Assembly: GCA_038087875.1 (NCBI GenBank)
Contig: CM075987.1
Span: forward strand, 23,934,001 to 23,998,000
Direction of reading: 5' to 3'
Length of the DNA stretch: 64,000 bases
Origin: Malacoraja senta
Taxonomy: Eukaryota
Part shown: piece after piece, positions 60,840 through 64,000 of the stretch
Layout: each line of letters starts with the position of its first letter
How positions within the stretch are numbered: the first letter of the stretch is position 1
Program-made: the position numbers and the translations under genes
The notes under the pieces: generated by a model
What the model was told of the DNA's origin: nothing
Databases searched by the model: none
Seen by the model: the letters and a program-made list of their open reading frames with translations, nothing else

Positions 60840-61150
60840 TTTAGTTTAGTTTAGTGTAGAGATACAGCACAAAAAAAAACTCTTCGGCCCACCGAGTCGG
60901 CACTGACCCGTGATCCCCGTACCCTATCCCACACATACCAGGGACAATTTTACATTTACATCAAGCCAATGAACCTGCAAACCTGTACGTCTTTGGAGTC
61001 TGGGAGGAAACGGAAGATCTCGGAGAAAACCCACGCAGGTCACGGGGAGGACGTACAAACTCCGTACAGGCAAGCACCCGTAGTCAGGATTGAACCCGGA
61101 TCTCTGGCGCTGTGAGGCAGCAACTCTACCGCTGCACCACCGTGCTGCCC
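60840..61150 (-). mobile_element. HE1-type V-SINE
   Basis: Full-length. Confidence 0.88.
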
Positions 61151-62214
61151 TTATGATAGGAATGTATCTCTTAAATCAGAGAATTAGAAATAAAAACAAT
61201 GATTTAGAGAGTAATAAGACTTGGAGAGTCACACAGCATGGGGAGAGACCCCTTAACCCACTGAGTCTGCATCAACAATCAAGCCCCCATTGATATATTA
61301 GTCCTATTCTCACACATATTTTAGTTAAGTTTTATTAGTTTATTATTTTCACGTGCACTGAGGAACAGTGGAAAGCTTTTTGTCAGCGAAAAGACTACAC
61401 TTGATTACAATCAAGATACTGGATAAAGGTATAACATTTAGTGCAAGATAAAGTCCAGTGAAGTCCAGTTACCCAGTTTAGCACAAGACAAAGTCCAGTG
61501 AAGTCAAGGTAAAGCAGAGTTTCTGCCTTCCAGTGCCGGAGACCCGGGTTCGATCCTGACAACAGGCGTTAATGTATGGTGTATGGAGAATGCTGGTCGG
61601 TGGGCCAAAGGGCCTGTTTCCACGCTGTATCTCGGGAAAAAAAAGTCAATAAAGTATTTCGCTCATGAAGCAACCTGCCAAGCCTTCTTCGATAGCACTC
61701 CAAGACCTGTGATCTTGACTGCCCAGAGAACTTGGATGCATTCAGTTCCTCTTGAAGGCAGGTACCAAACTTGCATATCCCGCACTATCATCGGGTTAAA
61801 GTTCCGGAACTCTCTTCAACACCACCACATAGGTTCTCTCAAAACAGGGTTTGAGCATTGCAAAGAGAAAGTTCACTACAATCTTCCAGTTGAGGATAAT
61901 CTATACAATCTCGTTTTGCCAGTAGCTCCCACAATCCACAAAGAATGAATGAACTGATCCTGCAAGCTACATTATAACAACCAACAGTTTAATCTGCTTT
62001 TTTTTTATGACACTATTTGAGAACAAATTTTGCACAAAATTGGAATGAAAACTGGGTCAGGGAAACTGAAACTTGAAGGAACAGTTCTATACCAAGACAC
62101 CCATGGGCATGTATTTTTAATATTGCTACTTTTGAATGTATTATGATATACTGTAAATGTGGGCATGTACAGTATTATTGGCAACTATTCCTCACAGGTA
62201 GATTATCAGGGAGG

Positions 62215-62752
62215 GTAGGAACTGCAGATGCTAGTTTACACCGAAGTTAGACACAAAATGATGGAGTAACTCAGTGGGTCAGACAGCATCTATGGAGAAA
62301 AGGAATAGGCGACATTTCAAGTTTTAGACCTTCTCCAGCCTGAAAAGGGGTCTCGACCCGAAGTGTCAGGTATTCCTTTTCTCCAGAGATGCTGCCTGAC
62401 TTACTCCAGCTTATTACGTCCATCTTAGATTAACAGGGAACCTGGTTTCAATTCAATGTGCAGGAAGGAACTGCAGATGCTGGTTTAAACCGAAGATAAA
62501 CACAAAATGCTGGAGTAACTCAGCGGGACAGGCAGCATCTCTGGAGAGAAGGAATGGGCGACATTTTGGGTCGAGACCCATCCTCAGACAAGACAGGGAA
62601 GCAAGAGATATAGACAGTGATGTAGAGATATATAGAACAATGAAAGTGCAAAAAAGTAACAATGGTAAAGGAAACAGACCATTGTTAGCTGTTTGCTAGG
62701 TGAGAACGGGAACCTGGTGCGACTTGGGTGGGGGAGGGATGTAGAGAGAGGG
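62215..62752. mobile_element. Two Penelope-like pieces (palindrome at 62215-62430; minus-strand 3' part at 62457-62752)
   Basis: GGAACTGCAGATGCT..GGAGTAACTCAG..GGGTCGAGACCC motifs. Confidence 0.78.
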
Positions 62753-63635
62753 ACTCAATACCAGTTTATAAACTTGTGCTGTTAATTTAGCATTTAAATT
62801 TTGTACAGTGTTCAGGAGCTGCAATGTAAAATTACAAGGGCAAGCACCTGCCTGCAAATGTACCAAAACCATTTGAGTTTGTGAGTTGTCGCTGGTGTGA
62901 TGGATGGACGTCATTGACTCCTGCAACACTTTTGAAGGGCAAGTTTTATAACTGAACTTACAGTGAGCAGGCATCGAGCGAAATTGCACTTACGATGAGA
63001 AATTCTAAACGTCACGTTTTATCTAGCCTGTATCGCAACGGAAAATAATTTTGCAAGATTTGGTCCATTATAAACTGGAGAAAGCACCTCATCAATCAAA
63101 GGAAACCTTGTTTATCTTCCGTCATATATCACCAAGTGGAGAAAACTCTCAATGTTACTACATGGATAAGAGAAGACGGATTGAATTGGCTGCCTTCTTC
63201 ATATCTACCTTGTAATCCTGTTAGAAAATGCAAAGATGTTATTCTATCCCCACACGTTTCAGCACCCTTTGAAGGATCATTCCTTGCATAACTTTGCCGA
63301 GGTTTTCTGTGTAGTAAATACATGGCAGAGAGCCACGTATTCCTTAAGCATTAACAGCCATTTATTAAATAACTGTGGATTGATTTACCACCATTTGAAA
63401 GTTAAAGATTTTAGTGAAATACAGATTAAATTGGCAGTGACGAGGAGCCTGATAATTATAGTAACAGAAGGAAAATAACAGCTGAATTGCTGCTTTAAAC
63501 CTTTTTGTTTTGGTGGTGGATATTTAAAAGGATAAAATTAAATGTAGAAAAGAATGGGCATTAATTATTCAAAATCTGGTGTGTAGATACCAAGTGAAGA
63601 TGGAAATGTTTGAAAGGAAATACAAAGAGAATTAG

Positions 63636-63793
63636 ATGTGTTTGTGTCTGTGTCTCCAGCATTTTGTGTCTGAAGAAGGGTTTCGGCCCGAAACGTTGCC
63701 TATTTCCTTCGCTCCATAGATGCTGCTGCACCCGCTGAGTTTCTCCAGCACTTTTGTCTACCTTCGATTTTCCAGCATCTGCAGTTCCTTCTT
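63636..63793 (+). mobile_element. Penelope-derived hammerhead mini-insert
   Basis: 18-bp TSD AAATACAAAGAGAATTAG at 63618-63635 and 63794-63811; hammerhead core at 63667-63700 identical to the 57749-57782 core. Confidence 0.85.
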
Positions 63794-63902
63794 AAATACA
63801 AAGAGAATTAGCAGTGAAGAATCATTGACGTAACATTTTAGCCCAAAATGAGCCATATCATTATTCAATCTCTTATTATAATTTTCCTACAAGAAAAACT
63901 AG

Positions 63903-64000
63903 TGGGCGCATGGTGGCGCAGCGGTAGAGCTACTGCCTTACAGCTCCACATACCCGAATTCGATCCTGGCTACGGGTGCTTGTCTGTACGGGGTTTGTAC
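63903..64000 (+). mobile_element. HE1-type SINE 5' part (runs off the window)
   Basis: tRNA-like head. Confidence 0.82.

Noticed and set aside
63129..63240. Strong minus-strand acceptor TTTGCATTTTCTAACAG|G at 63217
   Set aside because: No convincing donor or recognisable peptide; cannot be supported without RNA data

Overview
Repeat-rich vertebrate genomic DNA from a cartilaginous fish, most likely a skate or ray (inferred from the HE1-type V-SINEs and HER1/CR1 LINEs). I found no host protein-coding gene I can recognise, so this looks like intergenic or deep-intronic DNA. There is a 200-N assembly gap at 22869-23068. The repeats are about 30 HE1-type SINEs, many CR1 and Rex1/Babar 3' fragments (one CR1 keeps an open reading frame of about 350 codons of RT), Penelope-like (PLE) pieces carrying minimal hammerhead-ribozyme motifs, three Harbinger-like MITEs, a non-autonomous Helitron, a Tx1-clade LINE fragment and a 1005-bp solo LTR. 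The most notable observations are: (1) two Tx1-type tails at the same nucleotide of a CR1 3'UTR, suggesting a LINE that targets another LINE; (2) a solo LTR with foamy-virus-like layout; (3) a non-coding CpG-rich retroposon family with a CTCF motif at its 5' tip; (4) TSD-flanked hammerhead mini-elements; (5) a Helitron carrying a duplicated promoter-like module. Repeat boundaries were read by eye and are approximate unless a TSD is quoted.
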